A stretch of DNA of 63,044 bases, filler included, from Stramenopiles sp. TOSAG23-2 (GCA_900128395.1; 36 parts of 36 records of this genome joined end to end with filler, not necessarily neighbours in it); one strand, 5' to 3'. Shown: positions 24,781 through 38,585, counted from the whole stretch's first letter. Notes: generated by a model not told the origin, from the sequence alone. Numbers and translations: made by a program.

Positions 24781-25955
24781 TCAAAAGATGCATCCAGCTA
24801 CAATCATCACAACAATAGATACTATTGCTATCCAAGGTATTTCACTTTCGGGATTTTTATTGTTAGTCGTCTTATCATTCTGTTTGTTTGTAAGTTTCCC
24901 CGTTGTACTACTTACATCACCATTATTATTATTATTATTATTATTCCCAGAGGTATTGGTTTGCATTTCTTTATTACTATCCATTGCTGTTTGTACATGT
25001 TTACACATCTGTTTAATTAGATGTTTATCTTTTATCATTTGTCGCTTTTGTCTTTTTTCAATTAAACTTAATATTTTTCCAAAATCTTCATTATTTGGAT
25101 CTAATTTTTGTATTTTCTTTGCATCTTGTTTGGCCTGTTTAAAATGTAGCATATTTAAATGAGATCTTGATCGTAAATAAAAAGCTTTTATCCATGTATC
25201 TTTTGAAATGGTTGTATTACTATGTTTTTTATACTTTTCTACTTTTCTTCTTTTTAATATAAAGTTTGCCAATGCAATTGAAACAGTACAATACATAATT
25301 GCTTCCACATTGTTTTGTAGCTTCATTGAGCAACGTGCTAAGTTTAAGTAAAGATTACATTGTAATTGCCCGATGTTATCCATAGTAACAGTAGTGTCGT
25401 TGTTTTCATTTTTGACAAACGTAGATGGTGATATTAATACTAGTTTTTCAATATTTACATCATCGAGTTCTTCCTCTTCCTTGCCGAACATTATTAAATC
25501 TACGGTCTGTTTATCTGTGTCTGCTATTGCAATGTAACCTGGGAGATATACACGATTTGAATAATCTAAATTTTCAATTTTAACTAGTACACTAAAACCA
25601 ATGAATTGATCTAAATTAATTTTTCCATTATCATCAAGCAGAAAACCAGCTTTCAAGCTATTTAATGTTAGTTTATATGAATCAAGTGCATTCAAATAAT
25701 TTTTAGCTTGAAAATATTTTTTGCTTCTTTCATTATTTTCTACGAATTCTTTTTCATTTACATCCTTTTTTTTCATGCCATTTTTTGTGTCTTTTTCTAT
25801 CCATATTCTATCAAAAGATATACCGTCTTCTTCTTCCTCATTATTTCCATCATAAATCACATCAATCGTTTGATCTTGTAAATCAATATATGATATAGTT
25901 CCACATTTTTTTTGGGCAATATAATAACGATCTGGCCAATTTGATAATTTGACAT
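24781..25955 (-). CDS. Tail-anchored TPR protein with two Tudor/SH3-like modules; 1-nt frameshift in a homopolymer
   Basis: TPR motifs (KYFQAKNYLNALDSY, LYLNLARC, KAFYLRSR..DPNN); C-terminal TM; upstream MSNYQIGQIV joins if T8 at 25906-25913 is T9. Confidence 0.75.
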
Positions 25956-26417
25956 AGACAGTTTTTTATTGCCATTCATTGATTTATCTTTTTTCTAAAT
26001 TTATTTCAGATATTATATTTGCTCCTCCATTTATCCTTTTTTCTAAATTTATTTCAGATATTACTGGATTACGTAATCTCTGATAATTACTAAGTTATTA
26101 TTCTTCTAATTAATTCTTCTTACTATATAATTTATTTAAAATACTGTAGATTCACAATTATTTATTATAACAACAACACGATAACAGTCCTATAGCATGG
26201 GGTCGGGCTTAATGGTATGATCATGTATAAAATAGCAGGTCACAAAGTAAAAAACCGGCCCCCATCCCTCTGAGTACAAGTAATTCATAAATATACCTAT
26301 CAAAAAGGTTACTCACANNNNNNNNNNNNNNNNNNNNNNNNNNNNNNNNNNNNNNNNNNNNTTAATTAATTAANNNNNNNNNNNNNNNNNNNNNNNNNNN
26401 NNNNNNNNNNNNNNNNN

Positions 26418-27720
26418 TAGATAGACTAATTTTGTACGGGAATACATCTCCTTCATTTAATTGTGCCAATGGGGGAATTCCATCAATAGTAGCAAAGTTA
26501 TCATTTTGTGTAACAATAATATTGATTGTAACACCGGCGTCACTTGTATTGTATTTAGGATCCAAACTAGTTGGAATCAAATAAATCTTTGCTGTACCAA
26601 CATTAGCACCATTCAATGCTTGAAATTGTATGATTTGACTAAAATTGTTCCATTGTTGTTTATCAATTGAAATAGACTGGTCTACGCTTGGATGATGGAT
26701 CACTTTAATCAATGGTGATGGCGTTAGAACAACAATTCGTACATCGTATGTCGGTTCGGAGGCTAACCCAATTAGTTTGATAGATTGCGGTTCATCGCCC
26801 TTTTCAAGCGTCAATATTTCATTTGAGTCTACCAACACTTGTGCGGTATCATCGTCTGCGACATTTACAATGGTTAGCATATCACGCTGCGTTGCCTTGT
26901 GTCTAAAAATGTCATCGTCAGTAACCACATGATGCGAGATCTCAAATACCTCAATATCGTGATCTATGGAATCGGGAATCGAAGAGTAAACAAACCGCTG
27001 ATGGACACTCCAATTTGCTGGTCCAAATACTACATATTCAGGCTGTCTAGATAACATTGGTGGATATACCACATTTTCGCCATTTCTAAGCGTGATATTC
27101 GGTTGGATACGCACAGTTGCCATTGGTTCGGTATCCAAACGAACGGCATATTGAAAACTGCCACCCTCCAAGCTTGAATACGAGAGTAATTTTACATCGT
27201 ATCCATATGAATCATCAGCATCGTATATCGTCCATAATTTTACGTCGGCGACATCATCATTCATAACATTCAATGTAACTGTGCGTTGGGGACTTGATGC
27301 ATATTGTGGATCAGAGGTTACCAATGTGTGTATTATGTAACAGGTGTAAGCTATGGCGTCGGTACCTTCGTCAATCAAATTCCCATTGGTTCGAATAGAT
27401 ATTGTTGTTTGTGTCCCGTTGTCATTCGCTGACAATGTAAATGCCGATGGTACTGCTGTGCAATTCAATACGCCCTGCTTCGATGAAGTCACATCAAGGT
27501 GTATTGTAACGGTAGCAGTCGGTGGCATTCCCTCGTTAAGGCTGATGGTGTAACTCAATGTTTCTGTTTCTATGACATTCTGAATTTCCATTGGTATTCC
27601 AATCATTTCACCTTTGTCAATATCATATGTAAAAGTCGCTTCATTTGTTTGTTGGTTTCCAACAGTGAATCGGACGGCCCGTAATGGGTGTAGAAGTTGA
27701 TAAAAGTGGCGATGGTGATA
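26418..27720 (-). CDS. Fragment of a large surface protein with Calx-beta/cadherin-like beta-sandwich repeats
   Basis: Repeated EG..Y...L...P...V, F...NW, H.V...D..Y, V.DDD.A.V units; higher GC than flanks. Confidence 0.75.
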
Positions 27721-28353
27721 ATGGATTCAATGTGTAATAAATAAATAAAAAAAGTAGTGTTGATAAAAATATTTTTGATATTGTTTTGTTGGTTTCTTTC
27801 TACGAAGATAGTGTGTGTGTAGTTTTTCTAATCTAAATCGTCTATGCACCTATCAATGAAGTTCAAGCATCACCGCAGCACTATTATAATTATTTTGTAA
27901 AAGCACAAAATCAGGATTGAAGTGCACAATTAGTATGATATTTCTGTATTCTAAATCGTCATTAACCTAGTATCAGAATGTGTAAATTGAGCGTGTTTTT
28001 ATCTCATCTCGCGTTTTGGATGATGCGCTGATGTAAAGAAATGTTCCAGAAATTTCTTAGTCCTATTTGCATNNNNNNNNNNNNNNNNNNNNNNNNNNNN
28101 NNNNNNNNNNNNNNNNTTAATTAATTAANNNNNNNNNNNNNNNNNNNNNNNNNNNNNNNNNNNNNNNNNNNNTTGAGGAGGAAAAAAAATTTATTGTAAA
28201 AACTAACAATGACAGTAATAATAAGTAAATTTTTGTCTTTGTGCACTTTTTTATAATACGAACGTACTCGTAATATATTATATACCGCGTTTTAACAAAA
28301 TTAATTTAATACTTTCTTCTTTATGAATTTTTAAAGTATCATACGAAAACTTT

Positions 28354-29827
28354 TTACTTCTCCTCCACAACAACACGATTTAATCGAACACCTGGTCCAC
28401 CAATATCACATTCAAAACAATCAAATTGTTCTTTTATTTTCAAGGTTTCCATCAATTCTTTTATTTTTGTTTTCATATTGCTTTCATCCTTACCAGATGT
28501 ACTAACATTTTCAATACCTAATAATGTCACGGCACATCCACCACCACCAGCACCAGTTAATTTAGTAATAAATCCAAATTTTTTACTATGATTACAAACA
28601 ATTTCTAATGATGGATGACTCACACCAACATTTCGTAATAAATTTTGATTTCTTTCAAATAAACTAGAAATAGATTTATACAAATATTCATCATCCTTCC
28701 CTATCTTCTCCTCATTCGTTACTAAATTTTGAAATGTATTTACAATTTCATCAATACCTTTCCATATATTATCAACGTATTCCTGTTTTTCCTCTCTTAA
28801 TTTCCTTACATTAGCAACTAAAACCTTTGTTTCTCGTGGAACTTTTGTATTTGTTATCAATGTGCGTAAAGCTGGACAATTTGGTATTTTCGAAAAAATT
28901 GGTTTACCAGAATTTTCTAAATCTTTACGAAAGGATAATGTACCACCAAATGTTGAAATAGTATTATCCAATCCAGATGGATTCCCATGCATGATTTTTT
29001 CACCAATATGTGCCCATGAATTAATCAATTCCAACATATGTTTATTTGGTATATATGTATTATCAATAATACTATTAGAATTATTTTCATTTATATCTAA
29101 TGTATCTTGTTCGTTTGACGATGAGATTTTAACATTCATTTCACCAAATGATTGATCTAGATCACCACCACCAATATTGGAAAATCGTGTTGACAATAAT
29201 GATGCAGCTGTCGCAACGGAGAATGCTGCGGAGGATCCTAATCCCGCTCCAATTGGCAAACCAAGCGATCTTACATTTACAAAGATAGATTTTTTAGTAT
29301 CATATGGTGGTTGATAAATATTTAATATATTTGTTGCAAGATATATTAAATTAATAAATGCATTAGCAGCACCTTTATTACTTTTCAAGGCAGGATTTGT
29401 TAATGATTTCGTAATAATCATATTTTCAATGTCTTTTATTAAATCAACGTCTAATATTTGCCCTAATGGCATCGAAGATTCAACCGTAGACCATGAGATT
29501 GGACGTTGGGTTATTTTTGTTTTATCCATGAAATTAGTTGTTGGAAAACTAATTTTAATTGAATTACTATCGTCCATATCTTTATTAATATTTTCTAAAT
29601 TAATATGAAACATTGGTCCTTCCTCATAAAGCGATTCAATAGTTTTAATACAAATATCAACTTGAACTCTTAATCCACTTAAACAACATGCAACTGCAGG
29701 CACACCATATACAACAGCATGTTCACCGAATAAAATAACTTTTCCTGGTGCGGTAGCTGAATATGTTTTGGCTTTGATTTTATTATTATTATTATTACGT
29801 TGTTGTTGATTTAATTTAGAAGTTTTG
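28354..29827 (-). CDS. MVK: Mevalonate kinase, 5' truncated
   Basis: PGKVILFGEHAVVYG upstream of the called ORF, PIGAGLGSSAA, HGNPSGLDN, KLTGAGGGG. Confidence 0.96.
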
Positions 29828-29927
29828 NNNNNNNNNNNNNNNNNNNNNNNNNNNNNNNNNNNNNNNNNNNNTTAATTAATTAANNNNNNNNNNNNNNNNN
29901 NNNNNNNNNNNNNNNNNNNNNNNNNNN

Positions 29928-30545
29928 AAATAGATAACAAAAGTTCTCATTGATGTTTTAAATTTCCAGAATATCGTGCTGCAGCAATAGACAACTAATG
30001 ATATAAAAATAAAAAAACATTTCGATTTGTTACATATAAGGCATGGTAATTAATGGGGATCCAAACCTTATCTTAACAATTTGAAATGTTTTTTTACAAC
30101 TAATTTGGGAAAAAAATAATATATATAGTCTGTATTATATTAATATGAAACAGCATCGTATACATGGAAATAGCACTATCTTTATTTTTTAATTTTTCCT
30201 TTCCTCTCTCTTTTTTTTCTTTTCTTTTTCTTTTCTTTTTCCTTTGTTATTAGTGTTATTTGTTATTTCGGTAAATCACAAAATCCCTACGCTAACATGT
30301 AACAACCTTTTTTTTTACTTTTAATCCATACAAATTACATGAAATACAACACTACAAATTATTGTATGGGAAACGTAATTTTCCCCCTAGATAGATAACA
30401 AATGTTCTCATTGATGTTTTAAATTTCCAGAATATTGTGCAGCAAATAATTGTAATATATATATAGGGAATGCCTAGTGTACAGTAATATGTAGTAATAT
30501 TATACTCATTAACAATACATGGAAATAGCACTATCTTTATTTTTA
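29928..30545. repeat. Diverged non-coding direct repeat blocks
   Basis: atagataacaaa.gttctcattgatgttttaaatttccagaatat at ~29929 and ~30391; tacatggaaatagcactatctttatttt at 30161 and 30516. Confidence 0.8.
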
Positions 30546-30661
30546 TACACCGTGCTATTCTTATGAACACATTATAGCATTGAAAATGAATGAAAAACCA
30601 TAAAAGACTACTAGTTTTCCTGAAGCTAACTGGTACGAGTAGAAACATAATATTTACAAGG

Positions 30662-31471
30662 TTAAGTATTTTTATCACCATTACCTGCTCCTACAGGTCT
30701 ACCACTTGCATCATAACAATTTGCTTTTCCACCTTTTGAACGTATAAGATCAATGATCTGCAACGGAAGTTGCATCTCTTGGCGAAGTGGACTATAATTA
30801 CGATATACACAGTCTAGGGGAGTGGATCCCCAACTGTCCTTCTTATTAATGCTATCAAGAGACATATGAGTTAATAACAATTCAATCAACCCAGTATCCG
30901 TTCTGTTATGTATTGCTGCACAATGTAATGCATTCCATCCATTACTATTTGCAATATTAGGATCAGCTTCACCTTGTTCAATCAAATATTTAACTATGTG
31001 GAAATGTTCGTATCTTGCAGCTACCATTAAAGGCGTCCATTCATAACCATAACTAGCTTTACCGACTTGATTCACCATCTCTTTCAACGTCATATTACCT
31101 TTTATCACACCTTTCATCTCAATATATTTATGAAAACGATGTAAATTTATAAATAATTCCACATCATTTATACGTCCTTTTTCACATGCACAGACCAATG
31201 CCGATTTTCCTTGAAACTCCAATCCATATCTTCGATACAACTCAAACAACTGTTTTGGTCCACTTATCACTGCACTTACACACTCATTAAAACTTGTATG
31301 ACTTAAGTTTTTCACTAAACAAGACTCACTCAATTTTAATATAGATTTAACATTTAAAAATATTAAAATATGTTTAAACAAACCTGGTATACCACATACA
31401 TCGTATATGTTTTTAATGTCATCATCACCGTCGTCGTCCACCTTATCTTCTTGTTCTGTTATGGATGACAT
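30662..31471 (-). CDS. Ankyrin-repeat protein with F-box-like N-terminal segment
   Basis: ALVCACEKG, TPLMVAAR, GWNALHCAA, GSTPLD; IPGLFKHILIFLNVKSILKLSESC. Confidence 0.85.
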   Translation of the reverse strand: MSSITEQEDKVDDDGDDDIKNIYDVCGIPGLFKHILIFLNVKSILKLSESCLVKNLSHTSFNECVSAVISGPKQLFELYRRYGLEFQGKSALVCACEKGRINDVELFINLHRFHKYIEMKGVIKGNMTLKEMVNQVGKASYGYEWTPLMVAARYEHFHIVKYLIEQGEADPNIANSNGWNALHCAAIHNRTDTGLIELLLTHMSLDSINKKDSWGSTPLDCVYRNYSPLRQEMQLPLQIIDLIRSKGGKANCYDASGRPVGAGNGDKNT

Positions 31472-31679
31472 GCTGTATATATATATATATCTTGTTATGT
31501 ATATATACTTCAACATATTTTCTATATAATTTATATTTTTAGTTCAAATGGAATTCAATTGACATAAAACAACACCCGCNNNNNNNNNNNNNNNNNNNNN
31601 NNNNNNNNNNNNNNNNNNNNNNNTTAATTAATTAANNNNNNNNNNNNNNNNNNNNNNNNNNNNNNNNNNNNNNNNNNNN

Positions 31680-33331
31680 ACAGGAAGCAGAAGAACGTCT
31701 GGTGGCACTGGGCGCCCTTCGTTGACATCAGCTAAACAAGCAAAAGGGAAAAAAATGGACAGTAGTAATAATAATAAGAAAAAAGTTATCTCCGCTGAAG
31801 CTGTAAATTTAGATACACCAAGTATTATGACAGAAAATGAAGCGTTTGAAGTGTTAGAATCGATGGAATTGGAAAATTGGGAGGAAATAAAAGAAAATAT
31901 AAAATCGAGCAAATGGAAAGAAGCGAAAAAAGCAATTGAAGCATTACAAAATGCATGTAAAACATCACCAGCAACAGTTGTAAAAGATTGTAGCGAAGCT
32001 ATTATAGTTCTATTAAGCTCGGCTACGAAAACGTTTAAATCTAGCAATTTTAATTTAATGAATGCGTCATTTAATTGCATTTTTACCATTGCAGAAGCAT
32101 GTGTTGAACATTCCATCCCATTTCCTGTTGGCACTGCAGCTCAATTCATTGCACCATCATCAAGTAAATTTGGCGATCGTAAAATGAAGCAAAGTTTGCA
32201 CAATATGATGCTAACGCTTGCTCAATGCGCCACACCAAAGTTTGTAATATTACGTATTATCAATGCAGCAGCAAGTTTGAAAAGTCCAGGTCAATTGGAA
32301 GATATTTTAATCTTTTTAAATACATGTTGTGATGAATTTGGGCCTACACCTTGCCCGGTAAAATCAATGGTCAAATATGCAGCGGGTGATCATGGCCTTG
32401 ATCACAAGACGCCAAAAATTAAAGCTAAAGCAGAATCATTTTTAACTGATGTTTATAAAGTAGTGGGTGGAAAAGTTATTCAATATATTGGCGAAGTATC
32501 CAGCAAACGTGGTGAAGCATTGATCAAAACTCTTGAAGGTATGGATGTATCTAAATCGATTAACAAAAAAGAATCTAAACGTAAGATTAATGTAATTAAT
32601 AAAGCGGTAATCGCAGGCGCAACTGAGGAAGAAGATGATGATGCAGATGTTACTGATATTACAGACCGTGTAAACAAATCACTATTTAATAAATTGCATT
32701 GTACCGATGATAAAAATTCATGGAAAATAAGACAGGAAGCCACACGAACTGTACATGAAATAGTGAAAAGTGTTAAGGGTCAAGTTGAATGTAATAAAGG
32801 AGCATGTAGAATTATGAGAGAATTAACAAAACAATTAAGATCTGAAAAAAATGCAAATACAGAAGTACGTATTGCAGCATGTATTACAGATTTAATAAAA
32901 AAATGTGGACCATCCGTCTATAAATTTACCAAATATGTCATCCAAGATGTTTTATTGTGCCTTTCAAGCAACAATAAAAAGCTTATCCCAGAATTGGTCA
33001 AATTATTATCTCAATGGTGTAAACATAATGGGGAAATCCAAACACCATGTGTTGATGGCATTGTGTCTTACTTGCCTTCCCAAATAAAAGAGAAAGGAGG
33101 CCATTTAGAAGTCGCTCAATGGATGGAGCAATTTATTTCATTTGCAACGCCCACTGAATTGCATGAAGTTGTTCCTAGCGTTTTAGTATTATGTCAAAGT
33201 AAAAACTCAACTACTAGAAAAAGTGCAGAAAATGTTTTAAGGGTTATTTCAGAAAGCGCCGGCAGCAATGTTGTTTCTGAAGCATTTGGACAATTACATG
33301 GTGTAATTGCAAGAACGTTGAAACCAATTGT
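31680..33331 (+). CDS. CKAP5: XMAP215/ch-TOG microtubule polymerase, middle TOG domains (fragment)
   Basis: TOG HEAT-A motifs SSKWKEAKKA and SWKIRQEA, KSSNFNL, KFGDRK. Confidence 0.8.
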
Positions 33332-34145
33332 NNNNNNNNNNNNNNNNNNNNNNNNNNNNNNNNNNNNNNNNNNNNTTAATTAATTAANNNNNNNNNNNNN
33401 NNNNNNNNNNNNNNNNNNNNNNNNNNNNNNNGTGCTGAATGTTTGATGATAGGAGAAAGAAGAAGATTTACGGTATGGACGAGTACAGAAATCATCTCTC
33501 CTCATCATTTCAAGCGGGCTGACCAAAAAAAAAGAGGTGCTGAATGTTTGATGATAGGAGAAAGAAGAAGATTTACGGTATGGACGAGTACCATTTTCAA
33601 GTGTGCTTATCTTTAATTTTAACATAAAAAATAGCTCATATTTATACTGCTGAAAACTGATTTTGTCACATCTATGGAAAATATACTTCTAGTGCTATTT
33701 CGATATTACAAATTATTAACAGGTTCATACCATCAAAATAATATCATCCATCAAAATTTTTAAGGGATTTGCCTAAAACATATTTTTCCATATCTCCGAA
33801 AAAAATAAACTTTTCTGGGAGACTGTTGAATGCTATTCCTATACTAAAGTCAGTTTTCTTACAGTTTATTTTTAAAACTGCACTCCACTTCTCATCGATT
33901 AGTGGGTACATAGCACTAAAAAGCAGATCTGGCATTTCCATAGGCTCTGTTTATCCGTTTGTGGGTTAAAAAAAGTGACGAATGTTGTGGGTTGTGGATA
34001 GAGATATAAAATGTAAATAGATATGTCTATAAATTGTATATGTATATATGTGTATACCAATATGAAAAAAAAAGAGATGGATAGAGAGTAAAAGTATTCA
34101 ACACATATATATATAGTGTACATGTCAATTGAAGCAATATACGGA

Positions 34146-34421
34146 TTAGATATTTTGTGTTTTTAATACAGAGACACTTTTTTTAGAATAAGATGAAGTT
34201 AAATCTTTTAATATTAAATTTGGGGACGATTTGTATCTACTATTTACATTCGGTGCAAATGGCAATGCATGATATGGTGATGAATTTGATCGTTTCATGT
34301 GATGATTTTTATATTTATTTTTAGAATTACTATGTCTTTTTTTTCTCTTCATTTTATTATTATTATTATCTTGTCGTTTCAATCCATCAACAGTAGAAAC
34401 TAATGTGTTGTTGTTTTTCAT
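34146..34421 (-). CDS. Small basic low-complexity ORF
   Basis: ATG after A-rich leader; N/K/S-rich; may be a first exon. Confidence 0.35.
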   Translation of the reverse strand: MKNNNTLVSTVDGLKRQDNNNNKMKRKKRHSNSKNKYKNHHMKRSNSSPYHALPFAPNVNSRYKSSPNLILKDLTSSYSKKSVSVLKTQNI

Positions 34422-35183
34422 ATTTTATTTTTAATTATATATATATGTATTATATATATATTGTAGGTACCTGTATGTTCGTATCTTTGTATATAGCATA
34501 GAGACGAAGAAGAAGATTGTGATGAAAAGATGAAAGGGTGTTGGTTGGATTAATACAGTATGTCGTCTTCTACACGTTGTACATTGATGAATCGGAACGT
34601 ATATATATATATATATGTTTGACATATATTTCATCAAGGAAATGTGTGCACATTCATGTTGGTACACTGTACTGTACCAAGTACAGTATATCTATATAGA
34701 TATTATTTTTAGGCAATCGCAATATCGCATACTTATAAATTATAATAAATAAACGTTATATACTTTATATAATAATTGGCTTTACTATAGTAGGATAGCA
34801 TATTATTCTTGCGATTGAGTATTGAGTATATTACTTAACACGAGAAGTGTAAAATTATTATAACCTAGATTTTAACCATCATAATAATAATTGGCATTTA
34901 AACTTTTATGGGACCCAGCGAAGTCTGGAGACTCAACCGGAGTTGCTGTCCACTTCCACTCACTCACATTCAAACAACAAACAACAAAAATTCTGTTTCC
35001 TTGATCCACTTCTGCTTATAAAATATATATTCATCTTTTGGACAAGTAACAGTAGTGATGATCTTCGTTTCCATCCGTTTTCANNNNNNNNNNNNNNNNN
35101 NNNNNNNNNNNNNNNNNNNNNNNNNNNTTAATTAATTAANNNNNNNNNNNNNNNNNNNNNNNNNNNNNNNNNNNNNNNNNNNN

Positions 35184-36333
35184 GAATGTAAAAACATTAG
35201 GACGGGAGCTATTGAAAGATAATTCCAAATTGCCAACGCATGCAAATCAAGCAAATGACCCATCCAATTGGTTTGTCCCTGAAGTTACAGAAGGTGGTGG
35301 TATTGAAATACCTGATGAAAAGTGGATAAATAGAATTAGAGATCCAAAATGGAAATCAAAACTTCAAGCGATACATGGAGATATGACATCGGATGTAGAT
35401 TCAATGGAAAATATTTTAGAAGCAGCTATGGCGCATAAAGATAAAAGTGCAATGAAAAATAAAAATTCAGATGCTGCAATGGCATTATGGAAACATGCTG
35501 CAATGTATCCCGATTTAAATAGATTACCAACTACAAAGCAAGAATTATATAGACAATTAGTGAAAACACGTGCAGAATTGAAGAAAACGAAGGAGGATAA
35601 TGTGACGATATCTGCTTTAATGTCAGAGACACAACATCAAATAGAAATTTTACGACATGATAAAGATCATTTAAACACTCAATTATCCATGGTCACTGCA
35701 CGGCGAGATGCGGTAATTATTGAATTGAAATTAGCTAGAAAACGCTCATTTAAACACTCAATTATCCATGGTCACTGCACGGCGAGATGCGGTAATTATT
35801 GAATTGAAATTAGCTAGAAAACGCATGGAGAAACATAAAGCAACTGTTCGCAGTGCAGCCGTCGATGCTGTATCATTACGTGTAAAAGTCAAAGAAGCGC
35901 ACCAACATAAATCTACTGCATTACGCGCGATGGAACATGAAAAATCAAAACGAGAACGTGTTGAACAACATGCAAGAGAATTAAAAGCAGCGCAAGAAGC
36001 TATGGAACAAGCATCTGCACGGCAAGCAGCAGCTGCATCTTCAGCATTAGCAAGGACATCAACAAATGTGAAAAAAAGTAAAATAATTGAAAAAGAAAGG
36101 TTAGCTCTTGCAGTGAAATCTGCTGTAGAAGCTGCTGTTGCAAAGGTTAAACATGATTTTGTAATAAAAGAACATAAAGAACATGCACATCATGAAGCGG
36201 TTGTACTGAATTACATGAATTACGTATGAAAAATGTTACTGCTGAATTAGCAATGATGGAGGTACAGTTAGGTATGGAAAATACAGTATCGCAAAAAGAT
36301 CAAGATGTAGCATTTTCAGTTGCAGGTTATTGA
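35184..36333 (+). CDS. Coiled-coil protein, 5' truncated, split by a 79-bp duplication and a 1-nt frameshift near 36203
   Basis: ORFs 35212 and 35768 share MVTARRDAVIIELKLARKR; a third frame continues TELHELRMK..VAGY*. Confidence 0.75.
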
Positions 36334-36741
36334 GATTGAAGAAGAGCAAGAGACGTGTGTGTGTGATAAATCATTTTATAAAATACGTACATGACATTTG
36401 TACACATTTGTACACACTTCTTTATATATATATATCATATGACGCTACTATTTGTACACACACGCGCCCTTTTCTCCCTGCTGGTGCTTTTTACTCTAAC
36501 TCTCCCTATTAATTTTAAATACGAATATATATTCCAAGATACGAAAATATAAATGCATGTGTATGATATTATAAAATGTTAATATATTATAAATATGTGT
36601 GTATATTCTATTTTTATCTTGCGTTTATACATGTACACAAATATATATATACATTAATGTCTTTCTCTATATTGATGTTTCGTATCTTTATCTCTTTTTA
36701 TATAGAATACATATTGTTATCTTATATATATATTATCTTCT

Positions 36742-36834
36742 TCATTTATCATCTGCATCTGCTTTCACTAACGCTTTTAATTCATCAATAGTTCCATCTG
36801 TAAAACCAAATTCTACCATACCTTTGCTAATCAT
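36742..36834 (-). CDS. 3' end of unknown gene (..GMVEFGFTDGTIDELKALVKADADDK*)
   Basis: Open from contig edge, convergent with the previous gene. Confidence 0.45.
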   Translation of the reverse strand: MISKGMVEFGFTDGTIDELKALVKADADDK

Positions 36835-37484
36835 NNNNNNNNNNNNNNNNNNNNNNNNNNNNNNNNNNNNNNNNNNNNTTAATTAATTAANNNNNNNNNN
36901 NNNNNNNNNNNNNNNNNNNNNNNNNNNNNNNNNNATTAATATTAACGACTGGATAACTAAAAATGACTTTTTTATTTTTTTTAGTTATTCTATTATTCGT
37001 AATTGTAGTGATATGTTTTCGATAAATACAATGTGATCTTCGTAATACTTTTTTACCTATTACGATCATTAGTTAGTAAAAACTGGAAAGAAAAAAAACA
37101 AACAAACAACCAAACAAAATATACGTATATATGTATCTATTATCTATTTTCTTTTTCTTTGTTTGTTTAAATTGCCACATCAATCTAGATATATATTATT
37201 AATATCTATTATTTTATCATTAAAAAGTATTCGTACAAACAACGTAGGACGTAGGAGGAATCCAGGAATGTAAATGAAAGAACCGCTTACATTGTTCTTT
37301 TTTGGCCGCACTTCCAATACTCTTTTTTTAAAAGGTTTTTATATTGCACAAAAATATTATATAAATATATATTATACAATGTTAAAAATATTTATAAACA
37401 TCGGATATATTGATATCAAAATAGAATATTAGTCTTTTTAACCTTCACAAAGCCGCACAACAAATCTCCTCTGATGCTCTACGA

Positions 37485-38170
37485 ATTCCCAATGAGGGCC
37501 GATCGATATTGTGGTCTTGGGCCATGCACACAGCATGGGCTATATAGCATATACACAGCATTGGGATACCCGCCTGAGAGTAAGTGTGAAATATTATTAC
37601 TGCTATTTACATACTATTTGAAAATGAGGATATCTACACATATATGTCAATAAAACATATATACAATCAGCAAAATGTCCAATACAATGTAATGAAACAC
37701 CATTTTCGGATATTGGATATACATAAAACGTATTGCAGTATTTGAATGTCTAAAATCCAATATGTATTACGTCTTTTATTAAGCTATAATATTGACATGT
37801 ACAACGTATGTGAGATATAGTACTATTGCTATAGTAACAATATAATCCTATTTATATGCCAATTGTAGTTGTTAAAAAGAGGTTTCGTTTAGTAAATAAA
37901 CACATATAATAAACAAAATAACCATTCAGACATGTTTACATATATCAAAAAATGATGTTCGGTTACATTGTATTGGACATTTTGCTGATTGTATATATGT
38001 TTTATTGACATGTATGTGTAGATATCCTCATTTTCAAATAGTATGTAAATAGCAGTAATAATATTTCACACTTACTCTCAGACGGGTATCCTAATGCTGT
38101 GTATATGCTATATAGCCCATGCTGTGTGCATGGCCCAAGACCACAATATCGATCGGCCCTCATTGGGAAT
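37485..38170. mobile_element. Non-coding foldback/MITE-like element with 208-bp inverted arms
   Basis: 37485-37692 is the reverse complement of 37963-38170 with 3 transitions; 270-bp spacer. Confidence 0.75.
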
Positions 38171-38381
38171 GGTAAATGCATGTATATTCAACAAAAAACC
38201 ATCATCACTATAATACGTTCAATATATTATAATATAAATTATACATATTTTATAATTAATAATCAATAGAAAAAGAAGTTTTGATCTCATTCATTGTACT
38301 ATATTATTGTGTGAATCGGTGTGCTTGTCATCACAAATATATATATATTGTAAATGCATATATATACATGTATATGCATTT

Positions 38382-38585
38382 ATGATGGATCAAGCCAACA
38401 ACAACGACAACCAGAAAAATAGAAATACATGGCATGTTTCCTCAGATGATTCAGAGGCTGAATCAAATTCTAGCTCGATGAATCCTTTACCAAACCCAAC
38501 TATAAATATGTATAATCAACATAAAGCGGGTGCGTTAGTACAGAAAAAAAATAAAGCAGATAGATATGATTTACCAAAACAATCT
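38382..38585 (+). CDS. Hypothetical protein N-terminus
   Basis: MMDQANNND..; open into linker. Confidence 0.5.
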
